Source of the DNA: Octopus vulgaris
Taxonomy: Eukaryota
DNA length: 64,000 nt
Reading direction: 5' to 3'
Assembly: GCA_951406725.2 (NCBI GenBank)
Contig: OX597826.1
Coordinates: forward strand, 4,092,001-4,156,000
The translations under genes were made by a program, and so were the position numbers. This document shows positions 1-11,773 of this stretch, piece by piece. The notes under the pieces are model-generated. The model was not told the origin of the DNA. It was given only the letters and a program-made list of their open reading frames with translations, and searched no databases. Each line of letters starts with the position of its first letter. Within the stretch, counting starts at the first letter, position 1.

Positions 1-480
1 TTCTGCCAGCTCACCGCTCTAAAAATCCTTTGTATTAAATAATCAATGCTGGTTTTCAAATGTTCTTCAGTGACCATTTCTTGCCCAGTTTTACAAAATA
101 ATTGTGGTGGGAAACACAGTAGATCGTAACTGACAAGTTTTGCGTTGGTCGCGAATAAGAGCACTCAACAATCCATGCTATTGGCGATTCTGCGGATGAG
201 AGGGTTCCCTTCTTATTCACTTTAGAAGACTCCACATTTGTCATTACAATTGATGAGGATATCTTGGGAAGCAGGTGCCATAGTCTTCAGCTTCGGTGCT
301 TGCCTATGCTGTTGCATGCTCTTATAGATTGTATCGACCTTCACTTTTATATTGTTTCATCTGGGAGATTAGGAAGAGAGAAAGAGAATGAGAGACAGAA
401 ATTATTGAGAAATGGTGAAAAAACAAGTGAAAGAGAACAGGCATGAAAAATTAATAGAGAATACTTAATGATTTGTTATA

Positions 481-510
481 GGCGCAGGAGTGGTTGTGTG
501 GTAAGTAGGT
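481..510 (+). mobile_element. 5' stub of family-B tRNA-derived SINE
   Basis: ggcgcaggagtggttgtgtggtaagtag matches the head of the full copy at 7316. Confidence 0.6.
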
Positions 511-701
511 GGCATACTTCAGTATAGAGAGGGCGGGTTTATTTTTTTCGCGGTGGAAGTCACGTCGGTGTGTGTCAGCGTCGTGAAATAGTGAAGCACG
601 ACTACTACGTAAGACATCTTTTGGGGGGGGGGGACCTAGTAGCTTAGAATAGGCTCGAATTAGAGATTATTCTTTGTGGCTAATGGCGTGAGTCCTGATT
701 G

Positions 702-808
702 GAAGAAGAAGAAGAAGAAGAAGAAGAAGAAGAAGAAGAAGAAGAAGAAGAAGAAGAAGAAGAAGAAGAAGAAGAAGAAGAAGAAGAAGAAGAAGAAGAA
801 GAAGAAGA
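702..808. repeat. (GAA)n microsatellite
   Basis: Uninterrupted GAA run. Confidence 0.98.
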
Positions 809-1243
809 GTGCAGCATTTTTCCTGATATGAAAGTTTTAGATTAAAAAGAACAAATTTTAAATGAAATATCTTTTTTTATTTGTTGTTCAGCTCCAGGAT
901 ACCGCTTATCGAGCAGACGTATCATCCGAATCGTTTAACCGTTTGTTCAATGCATCTTTCTCTTTTCTCCTAATTTGATATGAAAAAAAAAAAAAGGACA
1001 GAGGCAAAGGTTAGGAAGTACTCGGTTCGTTTCAAATTTGGTCAAAACTCTCAGACAACTTGAGTGATTGTCTTTACTGTAGCTTCAGATTGACCAATAT
1101 CTTCAATAGAATTTCAAGCTGTGTGTATATATACAGATATATATATATGTGTGTGTGTGTGTGTGTTTGTATGTTTACATATTATATATGTTATGTGTAT
1201 ATATATACATATAAATATTATATATTAAATATATGCACATATA

Positions 1244-1295
<52 letters not shown>

Positions 1296-1309
1296 ATATG
1301 TATATATAT

Positions 1310-1461
1310 ATAACATAAGGGACTAAAGCCATCTGAATATGGCTAGGGACAGGGCAGGGTGGTGGGGGTGTTACTGTTGCATTTAGCCCCAGGCGAACAT
1401 CGACGTCACCAGAAAGGCTCGACACCGTCACGGTGCCCTTAACCTGCAAAGGGAGGTAATT
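1310..1461 (-). mobile_element. Inverted 5' segment of the 360-bp hammerhead array
   Basis: Exact reverse complement of 1653-1804; abuts (TA)n on the left and the first forward unit on the right. Confidence 0.95.
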
Positions 1462-1586
1462 ATATCCCTTTAGAGAATTATTATTGCTTTCGAACAGATT
1501 TTCGAAATCAGCAAATGTATTTTGCTTGAAAATCTATATAAGAAAATCCTGCAGAGTGAGAATTCGTCGAGGAAGCGGAGGCCTAC

Positions 1587-1632
1587 CACACGCCGATGAT
1601 AGGCAATACACCTTGAAACCATGGTCCGTGTG
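1587..1632 (+). ncRNA. Type I hammerhead ribozyme motif, copy 1 (U4C variant core)
   Basis: cacacg | CCGATGA | t-agg caataca cct-t | GAAA | c-catg-g TC | cgtgtg; stem III is the palindrome ACCATGGT; predicted cleavage after C1626. Confidence 0.75.
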
Positions 1633-1946
1633 TGGTTTCCGCTTCATCGGGGAATTACCTCCCTTTGCAGGTTAAGGGCACCGTGACGGTGTCGAGCCTT
1701 TCTGGTGACGTCGATGTTCGCCTGGGGCTAAATGCAACAGTAACACCCCCACCACCCTGCCCTGTCCCTAGCCATATTCAGATGGCTTTAGTCCCTTATG
1801 TTATCGAGCAGTTACTGTCTATATCCCTTTTAGAGAATTATTATTGTTTTCGAACAGATTTTCGAAATCAGCAAATGTATTTTGCTTGAAAATCTATATA
1901 AGAAAATCCTGCAGAGTGAGAATTCGTCGAGGAAGCGGAGGCCTAC

Positions 1947-1992
1947 CACACGCCGATGATAGGCAATACACCTTGAAACCATGGTCCGTGTG
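1947..1992 (+). ncRNA. Type I hammerhead ribozyme motif, copy 2
   Basis: Identical to copy 1; predicted cleavage after 1986. Confidence 0.75.
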
Positions 1993-2306
1993 TGGTTTCC
2001 GCTTCATCGGGGAATTACCTCCCTTTGCAGGTTAAGGGCACCGTGACGGTGTCGAGCCTTTCTGGTGACGTCGATGTTCGCCTGGGGCTAAATGCAACAG
2101 TAACACCCCCACCACCCTGCCCTGTCCCTAGCCATATTCAGATGGCTTTAGTCCCTTATGTTATCGAGCAGTTACTGTCTATATCCCTTTTAGAGAATTA
2201 TTATTGCTTTCGAACAGATTTTCGAAATCAGCAAATGTATTTTGCTTGAAAATCTATATAAGAAAATCCTGCAGAGTGAGAATTCGTCGAGGAAGCGGAG
2301 GCCTAC

Positions 2307-2352
2307 CACACGCCGATGATAGGCAATACACCTTGAAACCATGGTCCGTGTG
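2307..2352 (+). ncRNA. Type I hammerhead ribozyme motif, copy 3
   Basis: Identical to copy 1; predicted cleavage after 2346. Confidence 0.75.
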
Positions 2353-2666
2353 TGGTTTCCGCTTCATCGGGGAATTACCTCCCTTTGCAGGTTAAGGGCA
2401 CCGTGACGGTGTCGAGCCTTTCTGGTGACGTCGATGTTCGCCTGGGGCTAAATGCAACAGTAACACCCCCACCACCCTGCCCTGTCCCTAGCCATATTCA
2501 GATGGCTTTAGTCCCTTATGTTATCGAGCAGTTACTGTCTATATCCCTTTTAGAGAATTATTATTGCTTTCGAACAGATTTTCGAAATCAGCAAATGTAT
2601 TTTGCTTGAAAATCTATATAAGAAAATCCTGCAGAGTGAGAATTCGTCGAGGAAGCGGAGGCCTAC

Positions 2667-2712
2667 CACACGCCGATGATAGGCAATACACCTTGAAACC
2701 ATGGTCCGTGTG
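2667..2712 (+). ncRNA. Type I hammerhead ribozyme motif, copy 4
   Basis: Identical to copy 1; predicted cleavage after 2706. Confidence 0.75.
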
Positions 2713-3026
2713 TGGTTTCCGCTTCATCGGGGAATTACCTCCCTTTGCAGGTTAAGGGCACCGTGACGGTGTCGAGCCTTTCTGGTGACGTCGATGTTCG
2801 CCTGGGGCTAAATGCAACAGTAACACCCCCACCACCCTGCCCTGTCCCTAGCCATATTCAGATGGCTTTAGTCCCTTATGTTATCGAGCAGTTACTGTCT
2901 ATATCCCTTTTAGAGAATTATTATTGCTTTCGAACAGATTTTCGAAATCAGCAAATGTATTTTGCTTGAAAATCTATATAAGAAAATCCTGCAGAGTGAG
3001 AATTCGTCGAGGAAGCGGAGGCCTAC

Positions 3027-3072
3027 CACACGCCGATGATAGGCAATACACCTTGAAACCATGGTCCGTGTG
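3027..3072 (+). ncRNA. Type I hammerhead ribozyme motif, copy 5
   Basis: Core identical; T3077C just outside converts a G.U of extended stem I to G-C; predicted cleavage after 3066. Confidence 0.75.
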
Positions 3073-3386
3073 TGGTCTCCGCTTCATCGGGGAATTACCT
3101 CCCTTTGCAGGTTAAGGGCACCGTGACGGTGTCGAGCCTTTCTGGTGACGTCGATGTTCGCCTGGGGCTAAATGCAACAGTAACACCCCCACCACCCTGC
3201 CCTGTACCTAGCCATATTCAGATGGCTTTAGTCCCTTATGTTATCGAGCAGTTACTGTCTATATCCCTTTTAGAGAATTATTATTGCTTTCGAACAGATT
3301 TTCGAAATCAGCAAATGTATTTTGCTTGAAAATCTATATAAGAAAATCCTGCAGAGTGAGAATTCGTCGAGGAAGCGGAGGCCTAC

Positions 3387-3432
3387 CACACGCCGATGAT
3401 AGGCAATACACCTTGAAACCATGGTCCGTGTG
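3387..3432 (+). ncRNA. Type I hammerhead ribozyme motif, copy 6
   Basis: Core identical to copy 1; predicted cleavage after 3426. Confidence 0.75.
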
Positions 3433-3646
3433 TGGTTTCCGCTTCACCGGGGAATTACCTCCCTTTGCAGGTTAAGGGCACCGTGACGGTGTCGAGCCTT
3501 TCTGGTGACGTCGATGTTCGCCTGGGGCTAAATGCAACAGTAACACCCCCACCACCCTACCCTGTCCCTAGCCATATTCAGATGGCTTTAGTCCCTTATG
3601 TTATCGAGCAGTTACTGTCTATATCCCTTTTAGAGAATTATTATTG

Positions 3647-3688
<42 letters not shown>

Positions 3689-3739
3689 GTATGTATGTAT
3701 ATATATATATGCCTATAAAATAATATGTTACATTACTCG

Positions 3740-3815
3740 ATAGTCAAGATAAAACTCTGAGTTTCAGATGCCGAAGTGGGAATCCACTACGTCATCTCTT
3801 CGGTTATCTGGCTAT
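3740..3815 (-). ncRNA. Solitary type I hammerhead-like motif (unrelated family)
   Basis: Minus strand: agataa | CCGAAGA | gatg...catc-t | GAAA | ctc-a-gag TT | ttatct; lies between (TA)n tracts. Confidence 0.6.
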
Positions 3816-3840
3816 TACATATATACATATATATATATAC

Positions 3841-3889
3841 TTTATTTAAAAGCAGTAGAAAATTCAATTTTCTGCTACTTTTAACTAAA
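3841..3889. repeat. Imperfect fold-back (about 24-bp arms) adjoining (TA)n
   Basis: tttatttaaaagcagtagaaaatt c aattttctgctacttttaactaaa. Confidence 0.7.
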
Positions 3890-4457
3890 GCATATTACTC
3901 TACCCCTGGTATTTGAGTACTCTTTTTTCCACCTTGTTTCCCATTTATGTGTTTACTCCGGTATATATTCGTGTGTGAGTGTGTTGGTGCATGTGTCTAT
4001 GTGTATATATACATATAGACACAAACTGGAATGACCTCAGAAACAGTTGCATCTACTGACATATAATAGCTTTTGCATGCGTATTAATTTTTCCCTCTTC
4101 TTCGTGTAAAAACTAAACCAACCGATTACGTGTGTATCACCGTGTGTGTCTGCATGTTCAACGTTTCTTTTCGTTATATTTTGTAAGTTTGAAAAAGGAA
4201 GAATTAAAAATCGCTATTTTCCTTTTTGTTTTTGCATTCGTGTGTGTGTGTGCCTGTGTGTGTGTATATGTACGCGTGTATATATGTATGTGTGTGCTGT
4301 ATATGTAAAAGTATGCGGGTATGTGTGGACCTGTACGTGTAATATATGCCATCCCCCAGGGCTTCTCTTTGTTTCTCTTATACTCAATATTCTCCAGCAG
4401 CTATCCAAAATTTGTCTACTATCATATTTTCTCTCATTCCGGTGCTTTCCTTCTTTA

Positions 4458-4680
<223 letters not shown>

Positions 4681-5475
4681 GTGTATCTATGTATTTATGT
4701 TTGTATGCATGTATGTAAATAAGTGTGTATATACGAATGCAGGTATGAATATATGCTTGTATCGATGCGTGTATGGATACAAACATGCGTATATGTGTGC
4801 TTGTATATACGCCGCAGAATCCAGGAAACAGAACTTTTGTGCCAATGGTTCGGTAACTAACTTTCGTTTTCCGTGTGTGTATGCGTGTGTATGTATGTAT
4901 ATGTTTGTGTGTGTACATATATATGTGTGTATGTCTATGTGTCTCCTTTCCGTTATTTTTCAAATTCATCTTCTCTGATGCGTTGCAACATCATCTTCTC
5001 TCTGACCATACTGTATCTTTTATATTAACATCTCTCCTTATATTTTAATCGCAGACACACGTTCTCTTCCATTGTCTGTCTTTCTCTCTCATTCCCTGTC
5101 TCTCCTTCTTTCTCTCTCTCACTGTTTGCCACTGTCTCTATCCCTCCCTCTCTCCCTTAGTGGTTCTTACGTTTTCTACATTCTTTCTAATCTATCTTTC
5201 ATCCAATAATCACCCGCTGTCTCCTTATCTTCGGGCAAATTGCACCAATTTCCATTTTCTCAATTCTGGAGGAAAGAGATCGATAATGATATATTAATTG
5301 TTATTAATCTTTGTTTCAATATCAGCTTTCTCTTTTCCTTCCACGCACCAAATCTCCCTCACTCTCAGTCCCTCTTTCACTCCCACTTTCTCTCTCATTC
5401 TCTCTCATTCTCTCTCTCTTTATCTATTTATGTATATATATATTCATATATATATATTCATCAATATAATTATAT

Positions 5476-5536
<61 letters not shown>

Positions 5537-6333
5537 CACATGCATATTGTTAGTTTCATGGCGTGATGAGAAGAATTTAGGAGACAAAATGTGCTTACAT
5601 TTCATTTTTTGCATTATGTATTTTTCATTCATGATCACGAAGAAATGGGGCGTCTAAAACACACATGCAAGCACATACAGCTACATACAAGCTCACACGC
5701 ATATATCTGTATCTACATACATATACGTTCGTACGTATGTAATATATTATATATGTGTCATGTGTGTGTGTGTGTGTCGGTTGATCGACCCTCCCTTTTT
5801 TATGACGAAGAGATTTACGCTGTTCGTTAAAGTCAAAGTGAAAGTGAAACTATAAACTTAAGGGAAACTATAAACATGTGTTCGACAACATAATTTACAA
5901 GCTCAATCAGTATGATACAAATTTTGACGGGATAGGATCTTGAAATTGTGAATTTATGTACGTATGCATATTTCAAATAGGGTGTAATAATTTGCACTCT
6001 AGTAAACCAAATTTACTTGGGTCATTTCATTTCAGGGGTAAGAAAAGTTTATACATGGATTGTGTAATTAATTTCTGCAATTTGTAAAAAGTAACTATTG
6101 TTTAGCCAAAAGCACTGCAATAGTTACTTGAAAAATTTTACTGATTACGAAAGCAATTCATACAGACTAATTATTTAAATTATATATTAGTACAGGCCTT
6201 CAAGAAAAGATTATTTTCACAGAAAAAAAATTTAAAGTTTGAGTTTTCTATTAAAGTAACGCAAACAGGATATTGAGATTCTATTAGTTCTGCTAATGAA
6301 CGCAGACAGGGTAAGTAGGCATACATATGTGTG

Positions 6334-6411
<78 letters not shown>

Positions 6412-7315
6412 CATGTGTGTGTGTATAGAAGTGTACAGTGTTATATACCCCTTACGGCTGATCCTACCAATCGGTTTCGCATTAAGATTCAACGGATTGT
6501 TAGGTAATACTCCGATTATGTAACCCTGCACTTATTAGAGGTAGCCGTTTTACATATATATATATATATATATATATGCTGATAGACAGAACAGAGAGAC
6601 AGACTGACAGAACAGAGACGGGGAAGAGAGATAAAGAGGCAGAGGGAGAAGAAGAGAGAGTGATACTGCCCGAGTGTCGAATATCGAAACCATGATGATA
6701 CTGGTTTGGCAGCTGCTGATGGGGACACATGGTTGTTTTTGAGTTTCTTATATGTCAGTCTCGTTATTCTACAGCATCTCGTAAAGTTGAAATTGGTTGT
6801 GGATCCATGGTTTGTGTAGAATATTTTCATTAATATTGGTTGCTTTTCATCATAGATAACCTTATGAGGCTTACACAACGCGTGTGTGTCTAAGTAGAGA
6901 GAGAGAGAGAGAAAGAGAGAGAGCGAGAGAGGAGAGAGGAGAGAGAAAGAGAAATAATTTGTGAGTAGGCGTCGAGAGGCAAGTTATTCTGTGCACACGT
7001 TTGTAAATAAATAAGTTTATTACATTCTACTTTTGGCCTGAAGTTGAAATTTATTGCTTGATATTACTAAATTTACATTCTTTCTTTTAGTGTGATCTCT
7101 TCTATATTGTTGGTACTCTGAGCAGTTTGATCAATTACAATGAGTGAAGGCAAACTGTTACTGCGAGAGATTCGATACTAAGTCTAACGCGTTAAAGCTT
7201 ATAGTCAAATATATCACTACTCAATATATAAATGCAGAATAGCACGCTATTCTTATTGATGACAAATATGTACTGCAACGATTGAAACCAGGAATGTGGT
7301 GGTAGTTTTAAAACA

Positions 7316-7720
7316 GGCGTAGGAGTGGATGTGTGGTAAGTAGCTTGCTTGCCAGCCACATGGTTCCGAGTTCAGTACCACTGCGTAGCACTTTTTGGCA
7401 AGTGTCTTCTACTATAGCCTCAGGTCAACCAAAGCCTTGTTAGTGGATTTGGTAGACGGAAACTGAAAGAAGCCCATCGTATATATGTATATGTATGTAT
7501 GTGTTTATTTGTTTGTGTCTGTGTTTGTCCCCCCCCCCCCCAACATCGCTTGACAACCGATGCTGGTGTGTTTACGTACCCGTAACTTAGCGGTTCGGTA
7601 AAAGAGACCGATAGAATAAGTACTAGGCTTCTAAAGAATAAGTCCTGGAGTCGATATGCTCGACTAAAGGCGGTGCTCCAGCATTGTCTCAGTCAAATGA
7701 CTGAAGCAAGTAAAAGAGTA
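7316..7720 (+). mobile_element. Family-B tRNA-derived SINE, full length (CORE-like body)
   Basis: A-box-like gagtggatgtgtgg, B-box-like gagttcagtacc, ttggcaagtgtcttctactatagcc body; homologous copies at 22271, 27224, 44170, 45640. Confidence 0.85.
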
Positions 7721-8426
7721 TAGGTTATGTTATGTCTACAACCTCTGTGATTCAGAGGGAGCTATGCGATTTTGATTTGGAATAATATTAAGAACAATAT
7801 CTTCCAGGTTAGCTTTGGAGCCTATGTTTTGTGCTCGATATTCTTTGTCTTTAACCATTCACATTTCGTTTGTTACAAAGAATCGGAAAAAGTAACCAAT
7901 CAAATCTATTTGAATCGTAGATTGAAAAAACTTTACAGATTTTGGAAATCTCCACGGTAAATACAAGGAAATATTGACTCAGTTTCTGCTAACACGAAAC
8001 CCAGATGTTTTTTTTTTCTGTTTTGTTTTTTGTTAACTGGGAGAGGATATTCTTTAGTCAGTCATGTTTAAGCAAACCCTTAGGTATTCAAACTATGGAT
8101 TATTCCCTTATACTATCATGTTCGTATACTCAAGAGAGCACCATAAAATGGGTATTTTCAAAAGTTTCTGAGTCTGTTCCGACGGATTTTGTTACACCAA
8201 ATATTTCTAGAGAATTCATACCGGATCAATCATCAGTTTAGAAAAAGTGGTTCAAAAATATTCTATGTAACTGGTAAATGTATCGTGAGAATAGAAATAA
8301 ATCTGCATAGGATATAACATAATTTATAATCGTTAACGATTTTGCCAGCTTGTCATCTTCGGGTACATTATACTATAATATGACATAATATCTAATGAAA
8401 TATAACAATAATATAATATAATATAG

Positions 8427-8478
<52 letters not shown>

Positions 8479-9618
8479 GCACGCAAATTTTTGTGCATGT
8501 GCACACGTATGTGTATGCGTCTTGAGCATATGCATGTAGGTGCGAGTGGGGATTTTGTTTTTGCTGTTGAGCTATGCTAGGCCAGATCTAACAGGCTCGG
8601 ATCAAAGGTTGACAAGCTATGCTCTTCTATTGTTATTTATAACCAAAATGAAAGATTATGAGCAGACAAAGCCGATAGAACATCCGACAAATTGCCTGGC
8701 GGTATTGTGCCGGTTCTTTATTTTTAGTGCTCAATTCGTATCAAGGTCAGTTTGCCTTCATAAATTAGAGGTCGATCAGATGAATTACTAATCAAGGATT
8801 GGGACCAATGGTACTATCTTTGAGAATAGTTGAGTTTCTGTCAAAATCTGATACTATCTATAACCAGACTGCACTTAAATTCAACTTATTCTCGATGTCA
8901 TTACCCAAGCTTTTACGATGTGATTTTCAGAGAGTTTTGGCTGCTATTTTTAATAAATCGGACAACCATTCATAGAACCCTCTTCCTCCCCTACCGCGTG
9001 TTTGGCTCACTTGATATATTTGTCTGGCTATGGTGCCACATAATTTATAACTATTAACAAAAGATTAAAGCAATGATGCTGCCTTAACTAAAAAGCAAAA
9101 GAGACAGAAAATAATTTTTGACATTTTATATATTTTTTACTATATTTCATCATAATTCGTTCTTTTGATTTTTTTTTCTTTTTGAAGTAATTGCAACATA
9201 ACTGTGGATAGTTCGAGATACGTACGAAGAAGAAAGGGAAAAAATCTATTTGATAACATATTACACATATTTCAGTTACGATGCAACTCTAAAATTTTAA
9301 CTACTTAAAATAATTTTTGTGGTCTCATATAAGTAATACTAAATGGTACATTTACTGACAGCAAATCGATTTTACTCTTTACATTCAGGAAAGTAAAATA
9401 AAAAAAAAAGATGAACATAAAATATATATGAAGAAATATATATATACATGTATATATAATAAAAAATAATGTTACTGTGGAACATAGTGTGTAGTGTGAA
9501 TATAATAAGTTCAAGAGGATTTGTCTTTTATGTACACACACACACACACATATATATATATACACACACACATATATATATATACACAGACACACACATA
9601 TATAACTATATACATATA

Positions 9619-9691
<73 letters not shown>

Positions 9692-9714
9692 ATGTGTGAG
9701 TCTATATATATCTA

Positions 9715-9824
<110 letters not shown>

Positions 9825-9877
9825 CATATGCGTATGTATGTGTGTAGTTATATATCTATGCATGTATGTAACTAAGC

Positions 9878-9912
<35 letters not shown>

Positions 9913-10526
9913 AATATATTTATATATATATGCATATATATATTTATATACGTTATATATATATATGTATGTATATATAAAGATTATATATACTCACACA
10001 CGCATACACAGATACACAGATACACACACACACACGCACACACACACACACATATATTGTATATTTTTGAATGTGCGTGTATGAATGTATGTGTGTGCGC
10101 CTATGTACTTTCGTGCCAAGGCAGCAGACTAAATAACAAGGCGAAACTAAAATAATCTCTGCCGTCAGTTTAAGTTATAGACTTTATTCATTCATTTATT
10201 TATTTTATGTTATATACCAGGTACAGACATCTTTGAATATTTAATATACTTTAATTACCCTATATTTACTGGACATGTGATAAGTGTCCTACGGGAAATG
10301 TCTTTCTATTTCTCTTTTCCTTTCTATTTCATTCAGTATGTTTCTTTCTTTATTTGTTTATATATTTATTTTTAGTTTCTTAGTTTCCGTCCATCCAAAG
10401 AGCTTTTACCTATAAAATAATATGAAAGTGAAAGAATATTGATCGAGCGAGGAATACATTTTCCATTTTACATCCACAACAACTTATGGTTTTTTTTATA
10501 ATTTATACATACATAATGTATATGCA

Positions 10527-10580
<54 letters not shown>

Positions 10581-10909
10581 TAAGTGCTATTCGGTTTTAT
10601 ATTTAGATTCTTCAGCAGGATGATCGTTTTGAATATTAGAGATAACTCACTCATTGAAGAACCTGTTCATGGAGTCAACACTTGGAATATATTTTTGGCA
10701 TTTGAAGTTAAATGTTAGCGGAGGGAGTGCTTCTGAGCTAGCCCTAGGTCTGGTCTGCTTTGATTGAATTGCGATGAAAACGGTTTTCTTTTCTTTCTTC
10801 GAGCATGATGTATCGGTTATTGTAATATCCGAAAATTTTCTGAGATATCATATTTCAAAGATAATGATTTGAAGGGAATTTGGTTGCCACTTTGCAAATA
10901 ACCACTTTC

Positions 10910-11300
10910 ACTATAGGCATATACATGCCGAGGGGGATGATGAATTACATTGACCCCATTGCTCAACTGGTACTCATTTTATCGACACCGAAAAGATGAA
11001 AGGCAATGCTGACCCCGGCAGAATTTGAAATCAGATTGTAAAAATGGACGAAATGCCTGAAAGCATTTTCCCAGCGAGCTGGCGGTTCAGAAAGCTCGCT
11101 ACGTTTGCTACTTTAATGACAGAATCTTTCTACTATAAACACAATACCTGAAATTTCCGGTGAGGAGGCTAGTCTATTTTATAGACCACAGTACGCGACA
11201 TGCAATCGACTCGGCAGAATTTGAACTCAGATTAAAATAACGGACAAAATACTGCTAAACAGTTTCTCCAGCGAGCTAACTATTCTACAAGCTTCCACCT
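10910..11300 (-). mobile_element. Two decayed family-A SINE copies
   Basis: caactggtactcattttatcgac...gatgaaaggcaa...cggcagaatttgaa motifs shared with intact family-A copies. Confidence 0.7.
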
Positions 11301-11773
11301 ATGATAATGTAATAGATGTAGGAGGTGAAACGATGCTGAAGTTCTCTTGTTTGGTCTCAACAATTGTCCTTTGATTTGGTAGTTAATGAATAGTGGACAA
11401 CCCATATACGATACTATTGTTTATGATTGAGAACGAAGACCTGACATCCACGAGAAAGTCATCAACGGTCGTCATTACGTGTTCGTTTGGTCTGCTAGAA
11501 ATAGGGTCCAAATAAGTCAAAAACACCCACATTCTTTTAAATGAAAGTATCCAGAAAAGAAATGAAGGAAAACACGCAAATCATAACCAGCTAGCATCTG
11601 CTGCTCTGCGGAGACAAAGATCTCAAAAGGAACTCAACTATCTACGATAACTCGTGAGAAAATATATTCTTGGATATGTGGGTGGGCATATGTATATAGA
11701 AAAATAGATATGTATGTATGTATGCATGTATATCTATCTATCTATCTATATATATATATACATACATACATAC

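Larger units (their letters stand above)
1462..3648 (+). mobile_element. Tandem array of six 360-bp units plus 28 bp; retrozyme-like / Penelope-associated non-autonomous element
   Basis: Units start at 1462, 1821, 2181, 2541, 2901, 3261, partial at 3621. Only five substitutions (1847, 3077, 3206, 3447, 3559) and one 1-nt indel seen. Each unit contains a hammerhead fold; flanked by (TA)n on both sides. The array is certain, the retrozyme label is inferred. Confidence 0.8.

Noticed and set aside
520-700. CpG-rich patch with GC-box and ETS-like words as a promoter
   Set aside because: Short motifs expected by chance, no linked gene, and it adjoins a SINE stub
1462-3648. CRISPR array, or tandem 5S/tRNA/snRNA gene cluster
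   Set aside because: No unique spacers, and no 5S, tRNA cloverleaf or recognisable snRNA sequence in the unit
1484-3743. Repeated 63-aa and 85-aa ORFs in the 360-bp array
   Set aside because: Non-ATG starts, no recognisable domain, and they simply recur with the repeat; RNA structure explains the unit better
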